IMG/VR virus record: IMGVR_UViG_3300045988_152054
Reading direction: 5' to 3' (one strand)
Source: a virus
DNA length: 47,606 nucleotides
Below are positions 1 to 7,497 of this stretch, one piece after another. How positions within the stretch are numbered: position 1 is the stretch's first letter; the number at the start of each line of letters is the position of its first letter. The notes under the pieces were generated by a model. It was not told the DNA's origin, did no database searches, and saw nothing but the letters and a program-made list of their open reading frames with translations. Position numbers and translations under genes: made by a program.

Positions 1-452
1 ATTTTTTTTGTATATTTAGGATCTTCTAATATATTATATATATCATTAAATGTTGTTTTAGCTTGGTCTTCTGAGTTAGCTGATATATCTATATCGTAAT
101 TTTTTATTCCATGAGTAGGAGTAATTAAACAAAAGTCCTCATAAGCTAAATAAGCATTTTTACCAGAGCCTCTTCCAACTAAAATAAACAAGTCAGCAAA
201 TCTAGGTAATCCATTTTCTTTAAATACACAGTTATGTAAAACAAATAAAAATTTCTCCCATGGGAATAAATTAAAAGGAAAGTATTTCTGATAAGAAAAA
301 TATTTTTCTACTTTTTCTTCATCTATTATTAACTTTTCATTATCAAATATATTTTTTATGAACTTGGATAATAATTTTTGTTCTTTACACATTGGAAATA
401 CTTCATTATCAATAATATCTAAGTATTCTTTGATATATTTATTATAATTCAT
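1..452 (-). CDS. terL: Terminase large subunit, N-terminal ATPase part (continues across the contig junction into 46313-47507)
   Basis: ATG at 452 overlaps the terS stop. Translation is MNYNKYIKEYLD...ILVGRGSGKNAYLA (Walker-A-like). The frame runs off base 1 and joins in frame (..DPKYTKK|MKRNFYW..) to ORF 46313-47509. Combined length is 1647 nt, 548 aa. Confidence 0.9.
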   Translation of the reverse strand, partial: MNYNKYIKEYLDIIDNEVFPMCKEQKLLSKFIKNIFDNEKLIIDEEKVEKYFSYQKYFPFNLFPWEKFLFVLHNCVFKENGLPRFADLFILVGRGSGKNAYLAYEDFCLITPTHGIKNYDIDISANSEDQAKTTFNDIYNILEDPKYTKK

Positions 453-786
453 CGTCATCACCACTGTCTGCTACAGTAGCTTTAATTCCTAGTTCATTTA
501 AAAGTTTAAGCATTTGAGCATTTGTCTTATTTAATTCTCCTACACTGTCATTTCTTTTATAACCAGATTGCCCTCCGCCATTATTGTATTTTACATTTAC
601 TCCTCTTTTATTTATATCTTCTATAAGGAGTGATTTTGTTATCCAAAATGCCATATAATCTTCTACTAAATCTCTAAACTGTTCTCCATACGTGCCATTT
701 CTATCTAACTGGTCTAATAAATCTTGTCTAATTTTATTATATTTTTCACTGCTTTTTAATTCTTGTACAGCTTTTCTATCTGCCAT
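442..786 (-). CDS. terS: Terminase small subunit (P27-family-like)
   Basis: 114 aa located directly upstream of terL and overlapping it. C-terminal ..NKTNAQMLKLLNELGI.. resembles the P27/Terminase_4 family. RBS is AAGGAGGTGGTGA. Confidence 0.75.
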   Translation of the reverse strand: MADRKAVQELKSSEKYNKIRQDLLDQLDRNGTYGEQFRDLVEDYMAFWITKSLLIEDINKRGVNVKYNNGGGQSGYKRNDSVGELNKTNAQMLKLLNELGIKATVADSGDDDEL

Positions 787-810
787 TTCACCACCTCCTT
801 ATAGTAATAT

Positions 811-917
811 CAGCACACCCACCCTCATGTGAGTTTTATAAATTTTCGTTTTGTCTTCTACCCTCCCCCGTTGAAACGCCTCCCTTTTTTAAAAATGGTT
901 AGGGGGGAGTGGGGGGT
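811..917. promoter_or_regulatory. Candidate cos / terminase recognition region (C-tracts facing G-tracts)
   Basis: Non-coding gap between the HNH gene and terS. It holds unusually G+C-rich blocks: cacccaccctcatgtgag, taccctcccccgttgaaacgcctccc and aggggggagtggggggt. HNH-terS-terL adjacency is typical of cos phages. Confidence 0.35.
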
Positions 918-925
918 AAAAATTT

Positions 926-1282
926 TCACCATCGCTCTTCATTTTTAAATTTATTTTTATTTCTATTATTATTTTCTATCTTCTCTGGGTGTAATTTGTT
1001 GTGACAAGCTGGACAAACTGCAATAAGATTTTTATATTGTTTTCCTTTATATGTATAATATTTTGATAGTGCAAGCTCTGGATGTTTCCTTACAAACTGG
1101 ACATGATGAACAGTATTAGCTTTAGTGATCTTTCCTTTCTTCTTGCACTCTTGACATTCATAATGTTGTTCTCTTAGTACTTCTTCTTTAATATGTCTAA
1201 ACTCTATAGACTTATAGAACTTCCATAATCTATCCGTGTCTATCAATTTATTAATCCATTGGACTAATTCAATCGTATTCAT
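926..1282 (-). CDS. HNH endonuclease (terminase-associated type)
   Basis: Motifs CQECKKKG..HHVQFV..NLIAVCPACHNKLH give an HNH with two CxxC pairs. It sits immediately upstream of terS. Confidence 0.85.
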   Translation of the reverse strand: MNTIELVQWINKLIDTDRLWKFYKSIEFRHIKEEVLREQHYECQECKKKGKITKANTVHHVQFVRKHPELALSKYYTYKGKQYKNLIAVCPACHNKLHPEKIENNNRNKNKFKNEERW

Positions 1283-1283
1283 T

Positions 1284-1655
1284 CTATTTCAATCCTTCCA
1301 ACATATCCCTTAGTTTATTATAATATGTATTATTATTTGTAATTCTTATTAAACTTTCTATCTCCCATGCTCTTGGCGTATTCGGAAGTTTCTTTCTAAT
1401 ACATAAGTCCACTATACTCTTAGCCTTATTAAATGAATGTACATGAGTATGGCCTTTCTCAAATGGCTTATTAGTATTATGTACAATATATCCATCACTA
1501 GCTTTGTATATGCTATATTCCTTGCGTTGAAATATCTTTCTACTTCCTGCTTTCTTATTATGCTTTGGTATTTGTTTCATAATATTTTCATACTTCCATA
1601 ATTTCTTTGGAACTTCATCTCTATCTGCTATAGTTCCTGCATCAATCCATTTCAT
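1284..1655 (-). CDS. Hypothetical protein, first gene of the packaging operon
   Basis: ORF track gives 1284-1760. I start it at MKWIDAG (1655) because an RBS AAAAGGTGTGA precedes it and the upstream extension runs through a terminator hairpin. Confidence 0.55.
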   Translation of the reverse strand: MKWIDAGTIADRDEVPKKLWKYENIMKQIPKHNKKAGSRKIFQRKEYSIYKASDGYIVHNTNKPFEKGHTHVHSFNKAKSIVDLCIRKKLPNTPRAWEIESLIRITNNNTYYNKLRDMLEGLK

Positions 1656-1674
1656 ACCAATCACACCTTTTAAC

Positions 1675-1710
1675 AAAATAAAAAAGAACACTAAATTATT
1701 AGTGTTCTTT
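1675..1710 (-). terminator. Rho-independent terminator (minus strand)
   Basis: The stem is perfect and 11 bp long: aaagaacacta (1683-1693) / tagtgttcttt (1700-1710). On the minus strand it is followed by UUUUAUUUUG. Confidence 0.7.
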
Positions 1711-2250
1711 GTGGGAGTAATGAATAAAAAACAATCATTAGAAGGTTTCCAGAGTTGCACTGGATAATACTCATACCTTCATATTGCACCCAAATCAATG
1801 GGCGCATTAAAATAGAATATAAATAATTAAAGATATAGATATATTATATAGATTTTTTAACACACAATATATATGAATATTTTGATTTTATCACGGTTTA
1901 CTCCGGAGGTTTTAAAGTGGTCCTCTCACTTCTACTACTATGTTTTAATATATATATTAGTCGCCCTCATGAGTTGAACACGAGTATATACTTGTTTCAT
2001 ATATAGTCGACAATTTAATACTCCACTTGTATATAAATCCCATAGCAACATATTGAGGGAAGAGTACCTCTACTCTTATCCCTCCAGAAACTTAAATGTT
2101 GGAATTTAAGTTCTCATTTCTCTTCCACATAATAGTGGACAAATCAGAACAGGAAAAATTATTGAAAATTAATTTACATAGCTAAGAAAAATCTGCTTTT
2201 TCTATATTTATAGAGTAACATGTTTACTATATGACATTCCATGACACGAT
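1711..2250 (-). ncRNA. Candidate large structured non-coding transcript or antitermination leader
   Basis: About 540 nt with no ORF over ~20 codons on the transcribed strand. Several stable hairpins (2055-2084, 2089-2112, 1981-2009, 1786-1805, the last with a G-U pair only on the minus strand). Bounded by the late-regulator stop and the terminator at 1675-1710. Confidence 0.3.
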
Positions 2251-2643
2251 TTATATTTTTTGTAATATTTTTCCATGAATTCTTATCGTATGTCTCCAAG
2301 AATAATTTAAGTCTACTGATATTTGTTCAAATGTCTTACCTTCTATATATCTTGATCTTGCTATTATTCTCTCTGTTGGTTCTAAGCTATTTATACATTT
2401 TTCTATTTCTAATTGTTTGTTGTATAGTTCTATCTCTTTTTTATTGTATTCTTCTATACACTCTTCAATTTTTATTAGTAAATCTTCTATTGAGTTATTA
2501 TTATGACTTGTTTGTACATTCATATCTGATATGACCATTGATTTTATAGATGTTTTTCTTTCTTCTAATTCTTTCAATTTAAATTGTATTTGTTTTAACT
2601 CTCTTTTTATACTTGTATACTCTTTTAAATCATCCTTAGTCAT
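2251..2643 (-). CDS. Late-gene transcriptional activator, RinA/ArpU/DUF1492-like (sigma-70 region-4-like HTH)
   Basis: N-terminal coiled coil and C-terminal LEPTERIIARSRYIEGKTFEQISVDLNYSWRHTIRIHGKILQKI. It is the last gene before the packaging module. Confidence 0.55.
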   Translation of the reverse strand: MTKDDLKEYTSIKRELKQIQFKLKELEERKTSIKSMVISDMNVQTSHNNNSIEDLLIKIEECIEEYNKKEIELYNKQLEIEKCINSLEPTERIIARSRYIEGKTFEQISVDLNYSWRHTIRIHGKILQKI

Positions 2644-2674
2644 AATATTATCCCCCTTAATAATTAAATCCTTA

Positions 2675-3079
2675 TTACTTAAACTCCCCTTTATTTAATC
2701 TGGTAACTATTCTATTTTTTTTATAATCTAGCCATTTTTCAACTTCTTTTTTTGATATTTCATATATATCCATAACCCAATCCATGCAAATTATTACATC
2801 TGCTATTTCCTCCGCTAGATTATCTTTGTCTAATTTTCCTCTTTTAGCTTTTGATATTGCTTGTATTAATTCTGCACATTCTTCCATTGATATTGTAGAG
2901 CATAAGTTTTTATCATATTCTGGTGCTTGTCTATAACCTGCATATTCTATTTTATCTTTTTCTTTTAAGTGATTTTTATATTTTTCACATATTTCAATTC
3001 TTGCTTTCCCGTTACATTGATAAACATAGCACCAACCATTTTTATTATATTTACAATCATTACATAAATAAGCTTTCAT
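2675..3079 (-). CDS. MazG-like nucleotide pyrophosphohydrolase with N-terminal Cys-rich extension
   Basis: Motifs ..MEECAELIQAISKAKRGK..LAEEIADVIICMDWV.. match the EExxE/EExxD helices typical of MazG. Confidence 0.55.
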   Translation of the reverse strand: MKAYLCNDCKYNKNGWCYVYQCNGKARIEICEKYKNHLKEKDKIEYAGYRQAPEYDKNLCSTISMEECAELIQAISKAKRGKLDKDNLAEEIADVIICMDWVMDIYEISKKEVEKWLDYKKNRIVTRLNKGEFK

Positions 3080-3268
3080 CTATTCATCCTTTCCTAGTAA
3101 CATTTTTATATATTGTATTTCGCAACTTTCTTCATCTTCAAAATCTAATTCACAATTCATACAACCTGCCCCATCTAGGTCGTAACTTTCATTACAGAAT
3201 ACTTTAAATCTCTTGTTTATATCTGCTATTAATTCACGTTCTCCTTTTGTTTTTCTTCTACAAGCCAT
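3080..3268 (-). CDS. Hypothetical small Cys-rich acidic protein
   Basis: 62-aa ORF tightly packed in the operon. Confidence 0.5.
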   Translation of the reverse strand: MACRRKTKGERELIADINKRFKVFCNESYDLDGAGCMNCELDFEDEESCEIQYIKMLLGKDE

Positions 3269-3818
3269 ATTCTAACCCCCTATATTTTTTAACCTCTTTT
3301 CTAAAAGCCTCAGTCTTATCATAACCACAACCAAACATCTCAGGACAGAAACCTCTGTAAATACATTCTCTAACCATGCAGCTTGCTAATTCCGGTTCAG
3401 TCTTAGCTACCTCATCCTTAACGGCTTGCCACGCCTCCCTAGTTTCAGGAGACGCGCAGCTACATAATCTTTTTCTAGATATATTGATAAGTGCTTGTGC
3501 ATTTGCTTCAACTTCATGGTTTACTAAACTACCTTGTGGTAAATCATCTCTGTTAATTCCTGTACGGTCAGTTCTTTGAGTTTTAACAAAGTGGTCTATA
3601 CCAAATTTATGTCTAACAAAATGCACAGAAACCCAAGATTTCAAATCATACCAACGCCATTCAAATTTTAATTTTCTTATTGGTGAATGCTCTGATAATA
3701 TCAATTGTCTTTTCCATTTACTATCAGGGTATGCTCCTGTATTTTTTCCTATTGTATTCATAGTTGCGTCCTTAACGTCTTGCCAATTATCAGCATGTTT
3801 AAATTTATCTATTTTCAT
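3258..3818 (-). CDS. Divergent ThyX-like (flavin-dependent thymidylate synthase fold) protein
   Basis: LSEHSPIRKLKFEW and HFVRHKFGIDHFVKTQRTDRTG resemble the ThyX HxS..E and RHRxxSxxxxSQRY motifs but are degenerate. The segment is locally G+C-enriched. Confidence 0.4.
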   Translation of the reverse strand: MKIDKFKHADNWQDVKDATMNTIGKNTGAYPDSKWKRQLILSEHSPIRKLKFEWRWYDLKSWVSVHFVRHKFGIDHFVKTQRTDRTGINRDDLPQGSLVNHEVEANAQALINISRKRLCSCASPETREAWQAVKDEVAKTEPELASCMVRECIYRGFCPEMFGCGYDKTEAFRKEVKKYRGLEYGL

Positions 3819-4131
3819 TTCTTTTTACCTCCTCATAAATAATAGGATTAACTTGTAACCCTCTTCTATAATATTCACATTCTCTTTCACAGTTTGGTAA
3901 TTCCATATTTCTAACTTCTAAACAGCGTTGACAATAATTATCAATTGGACCTTTTAATTTTATTTTCATTATTTCAACACCTTTCTTTTTCCACATTTTG
4001 TACATATAACTTTCTGATATTTCTTTTTTCCCTTCTTTCAATCCTATTGTAGTTCTTGCTGCATCTGCTACATCTCTATAAGTTCCTCCGATATCTGTTA
4101 CAGTTATTTTAGCAACCTCCATATTATTCAT
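3805..4131 (-). CDS. Hypothetical protein (N-terminus resembles the N-terminus of the ThyX-like neighbour)
   Basis: 108 aa. YRDVADAARTTIGLKEGKKE compares with WQDVKDATMNTIGKNTGAYP in 3258-3818. The C-terminal half is Cys-rich. Confidence 0.5.
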   Translation of the reverse strand: MNNMEVAKITVTDIGGTYRDVADAARTTIGLKEGKKEISESYMYKMWKKKGVEIMKIKLKGPIDNYCQRCLEVRNMELPNCERECEYYRRGLQVNPIIYEEVKRNENR

Positions 4132-4489
4132 CCTCCCCTGTTCCTAATATATCTATGCCTGTTAACTGTCTACAGTAATTTCTTAACTTGTCCAATTGTC
4201 CAGTGACTCTACTGTGTTTAGTTTTTAACTGGTTTAATTCCCTTTCCAACTTTGCATTTTCCTTTGCAAATGATATATTTTGTTTTTCTAAGTAAGTATT
4301 TGCTAGGCTTAACTTTTTATTTGCATCTAATAGATTTTCGATTGTGTCTTCTTTTACTTCTATATCTTCCTTTAATTTGTTGCTTCTTTCTCTCCAGAAT
4401 TCTATTATTTTAAGACAATCTTTATTTGTTTCTTGTGCTCTCTCTAATTCTTCTGTAAGGTCATTTATATATTTTCTATTTAATAACAT
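4124..4489 (-). CDS. Hypothetical coiled-coil protein
   Basis: 121 aa, heptad-rich, overlaps the next gene. Confidence 0.55.
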   Translation of the reverse strand: MLLNRKYINDLTEELERAQETNKDCLKIIEFWRERSNKLKEDIEVKEDTIENLLDANKKLSLANTYLEKQNISFAKENAKLERELNQLKTKHSRVTGQLDKLRNYCRQLTGIDILGTGEDE

Positions 4490-4502
4490 ATTTAAATCCC
4501 CC

Positions 4503-4619
4503 TTATTTCATCTCTTGATTAATTAGTTTATCTATTACTTGTGACAGTCTTAAAACGTCCTCTGTCAATCCTAGTTGGCAATATAAACTGCTAAGTATTT
4601 CTTTTAACTCGTCTAGCAT
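4503..4619 (-). CDS. Spo0E-like aspartyl-phosphate phosphatase family micro-protein (38 aa)
   Basis: Not in the ORF track because it is under 60 aa. RBS GAGGTGA, ATG at 4619. Sequence MLDELKEILSSLYCQLGLTEDVLRLSQVIDKLINQEMK contains the SQxxD..LI signature of the Spo0E family. Confidence 0.5.
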   Translation of the reverse strand: MLDELKEILSSLYCQLGLTEDVLRLSQVIDKLINQEMK

Positions 4620-4629
4620 AATATCACCT

Positions 4630-5568
4630 CTAATCATATTTAACATTTATATAATCAAGCACTTCTTTTAATCCCAGCTTGTCCATACAATATTTATACT
4701 GTTTTGGATGCGTATATTTTAATCTTTGAAATCTATTAGGTTCTTTTTCCAGATGACATCCAAACATACAATATATACATCCTGTTCTTTTTTCTCCTGT
4801 TGTTCTATAGTATTTATTGCCTAGCATGTCGCTTTCTTCTACTATGTCTCCATATACTGAACATATTTTCAAATCATTTTTAACTATATATTGAAGCACA
4901 TCTTGTTCTGTCCAAAATCCCATTGGTTGACTTCTGCCTGTATTAAAAGCATTGCATCCAGTTTTAAGATATGCAGCTTCTCTTTGTTGTCCTTCATCTG
5001 CCATAGTTGCTATGAAAGGTACTTTTCCAGCTCTCTTTTCATACTCTTTCATTGGTTTTTTCTTTAGTTCATTACAACATTCATCTGAAATTTTAAAAGG
5101 AGCATCTAATAGAAATTCCCATTTCTTTTTATTAAACTTAGATCCTTCTTCTAATCCCCTTATTTGTCTAACTCTTAATGTATCTTTTCCATCAGCTATA
5201 TTTTTTCTAGCTAATCTTACTGTATTAGATACAGCTTTACTCACTATTGGATATCCTTTTTCTTTAATAACTTTTTTAAATGTTATATTTGGCTTTATTA
5301 TAGTTACATTATCAAATGTTTTTACAAATTGTACTATCTCTGGGAACTCTAACCCAGTATTACTGAACACTGCTTCTATATTTGGGTAAATACTTCTTAC
5401 TATATGTAACAATACTGTACTGTCTTTTCCTCCACTGAAACTTATATATACTCCATCTTCTCCATAGTAATCTACCCATTCTCTTATTCTTAATTTAGTT
5501 TTTTCTACTTTAAGATCTAAGGGATAATTCTGCAATAATTTCAATTCACTTTTTAACACTAACCTCAC
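4630..5568 (-). CDS. Phosphoadenosine-phosphosulfate (PAPS) reductase family / PP-loop ATPase protein
   Basis: PP-loop SFSGGKDS near the N-terminus and C-terminal Cys cluster TGCIYCMFGC. The start codon (GTG) is uncertain. Confidence 0.75.
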   Translation of the reverse strand: MRLVLKSELKLLQNYPLDLKVEKTKLRIREWVDYYGEDGVYISFSGGKDSTVLLHIVRSIYPNIEAVFSNTGLEFPEIVQFVKTFDNVTIIKPNITFKKVIKEKGYPIVSKAVSNTVRLARKNIADGKDTLRVRQIRGLEEGSKFNKKKWEFLLDAPFKISDECCNELKKKPMKEYEKRAGKVPFIATMADEGQQREAAYLKTGCNAFNTGRSQPMGFWTEQDVLQYIVKNDLKICSVYGDIVEESDMLGNKYYRTTGEKRTGCIYCMFGCHLEKEPNRFQRLKYTHPKQYKYCMDKLGLKEVLDYINVKYD

Positions 5569-5655
5569 CTATTTCAATTCATATTTTCATTTGACTATCA
5601 TTAGTAAATAAGAATAGGGAACTACACTGGTATTGCATAATCCCCTATTTAGTTG

Positions 5656-6012
5656 TTATTTTATCCCCAAATATTCTTTTATTACTGCTATTGCATCATC
5701 TGCACTCCAGCAAACCTTACACATATATCCCTGCTTATATAACCAATCTAGCCATTTAGCTTGTTCTATGGTACATTTATTCTTTCCATATTTCATCTCT
5801 ATTGCTAGTCCTAAATATTTACCTTTAGGTGCTAGGAGTAAGATGTCCGGCACTCCAGCCCTCATTCCTAATTTTTTTAATTTAGCTCCATATTTAGGTG
5901 ATCTTTTACTTTCGTTAGGACAATGAAATATCCACTTTAATTCTTCATATTTACAAGATTGCAAATTGCACCATTGAATTACAGTAGCTTGTTCTAAATC
6001 TTCACCTTTCAT
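5656..6012 (-). CDS. VRR-NUC domain nuclease
   Basis: The PD-(D/E)xK-type core is GVPDILLL...LAIEMK. Length of 118 aa is typical. Confidence 0.7.
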   Translation of the reverse strand: MKGEDLEQATVIQWCNLQSCKYEELKWIFHCPNESKRSPKYGAKLKKLGMRAGVPDILLLAPKGKYLGLAIEMKYGKNKCTIEQAKWLDWLYKQGYMCKVCWSADDAIAVIKEYLGIK

Positions 6013-6171
6013 ATTATCACTCCATATATTCCCATTTTAATTTTTCACCTTTAAGTTTTATTAGCGCTTTTTTTAATTACTTTAAATTCTGGTAAATTTA
6101 ACATTCTCCCACCTCTTTGTTTAAAATTTTCCTTGATTGCAACAAATTTCAAGGTGGGTGTAAATAGATTA

Positions 6172-6954
6172 TTATGAAATGTTTTCGATTCTATTTTTAG
6201 CTATATTAAAATACTTTTCGTCTAATTCAATGCCTACAAACCTGCGATTCGTATTTAAACAAGCAACTCCAGTTGACCCAGAACCCATCGTAAAGTCTAA
6301 TACTAAATCATTTTCGTTTGTATATGTTTTTATTAAATATTCAAGTAGTTTTACAGGTTTTTGAGTAGGATGTACTCGTACTCTATTGTTGCATTCGTTA
6401 GCTCTAGCATTAAAGTCTAGCAAATTGATTGGATATTTATATTTAGTGCTTGATGTTTGAATAAAAGCACCACTTTTAATTCCTGAAAACATATCACTTT
6501 TTTTAATTGTATAATTCTTTCCTCTTTTACTAATAAACTCTTTTTCTTCTTTTTCTGTGCGTTCTACCATTTGAGGAATATATTCACATTTACCATTGCT
6601 GAATATACATATATTTTCTATCACCTTTAATGGCATATATTTGACGCATAAAATATTTCCACTATTATTTTTATTCCAATACCAATCATATTTATAATTT
6701 TTAATATTACTCATTCTTAAAGCACTGCTAAATGGTTCGCTTCCAAATAATGCAATTGCTCCATTAGGTTTTATTAATTTGTTTAATCTTAGCCACATCT
6801 CATCTAATGGAATTATATTGTCCCATTTATAGGTAGTTATTCCATAAGGAGGGTCAGTTATAATAGCATTAAATTTAACTCCTAAGCTAATTAGCCCATC
6901 CATTACTTCTAAACAATCTCCTTGATACAATCTATATCTTCCATCTTCAATCAT
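6172..6954 (-). CDS. Orphan DNA methyltransferase (N6-adenine/N4-cytosine, beta class)
   Basis: Motif IV IITDPPYG lies near the N-terminus and motif I FTMGSGSTGVAC near the C-terminus. Confidence 0.85.
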   Translation of the reverse strand: MIEDGRYRLYQGDCLEVMDGLISLGVKFNAIITDPPYGITTYKWDNIIPLDEMWLRLNKLIKPNGAIALFGSEPFSSALRMSNIKNYKYDWYWNKNNSGNILCVKYMPLKVIENICIFSNGKCEYIPQMVERTEKEEKEFISKRGKNYTIKKSDMFSGIKSGAFIQTSSTKYKYPINLLDFNARANECNNRVRVHPTQKPVKLLEYLIKTYTNENDLVLDFTMGSGSTGVACLNTNRRFVGIELDEKYFNIAKNRIENIS

Positions 6955-7035
6955 TCAATCACCTCTATTTTAACCGCTCTAATATTTCAAGAAAGTATAT
7001 ATTATTTATTATTAATCATTTATCTGTAACCACCT

Positions 7036-7137
7036 TTAAGTTTCAATACCCTCTATATTAGAAGTAAAGAAATAATAATTTGATAAACGATATTCTTCTT
7101 TTAAATAATTTTCTGTATATACTCTTTCATATATCAT
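7036..7137 (-). CDS. Possible small ORF (33 aa)
   Basis: ATGA overlap with the upstream small ORF. No recognisable motif. Confidence 0.25.
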   Translation of the reverse strand: MIYERVYTENYLKEEYRLSNYYFFTSNIEGIET

Positions 7138-7298
7138 CTAATCCCCCCCAACAATCTATGATAAACCTTATATAGTTCAGCATATTTGTTTTTATTTAAT
7201 AAATCATGCTCTATCCTTTTTATCTCAAGTTCTTTTATCATTTTTTCTAGGTCCTGCAGCATTTGCATATTTCTTATTTGTAATCCTGTTAATTTCAT
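7134..7298 (-). CDS. Possible small coiled-coil ORF (54 aa)
   Basis: TAATG overlap with the zinc-ribbon gene. Sequence MKLTGLQIRNMQMLQDLEKMIKELE... Confidence 0.35.
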   Translation of the reverse strand: MKLTGLQIRNMQMLQDLEKMIKELEIKRIEHDLLNKNKYAELYKVYHRLLGGIR

Positions 7299-7483
7299 TA
7301 CTTCACCTCTTCTATTATTGGATCATAACTCCATACTCTAACTTCATCTTTTATTCTTCCATTTACTAAATTACCGCATTCTCGACACTGGCTTACTACG
7401 CCTAGTCCTTTTACTTTAAGATGTATCATTGTGCCTCCACAGTTTATGCAGCTTTTTTCTTTACCTCCTAGTACCTTTTTCAT
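7298..7483 (-). CDS. Zinc-ribbon protein
   Basis: CINCGG...CRECG gives two CxxC pairs. It lies 14 nt downstream of the sigma factor gene. Confidence 0.6.
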   Translation of the reverse strand: MKKVLGGKEKSCINCGGTMIHLKVKGLGVVSQCRECGNLVNGRIKDEVRVWSYDPIIEEVK

Positions 7484-7497
7484 TAGTTTTCATCCCC

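Noticed and set aside
1656-1760. N-terminal extension of ORF 1284-1760 (MQLWKPSNDCFLFITPTKNTNNLVFFFILLKGVIG)
   Set aside because: The extension runs through the terminator hairpin at 1683-1710 and has no RBS. The internal ATG at 1655 has a good RBS.
2241-2534. Plus-strand ORFs lying antisense inside long minus-strand genes (for example 2241-2534, 4952-5389, 5633-5926, 18896-19402, 33173-33475, 34292-34981, 38369-39310, 40315-40584)
   Set aside because: Their translations are low-complexity Leu/Phe/Ile/Ser-rich strings typical of the antisense strand of AT-rich coding DNA. They lack RBSs and overlap well-supported genes.
6046-7043. 13-bp direct repeat cacctttaagttt on both sides of the methyltransferase gene (6046-6058 and 7031-7043), possibly cassette boundaries
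   Set aside because: A single 13-mer repeat is expected by chance many times in 47 kb of AT-rich DNA. Both copies are simply a stop codon plus an AAAGGTG RBS on the minus strand.
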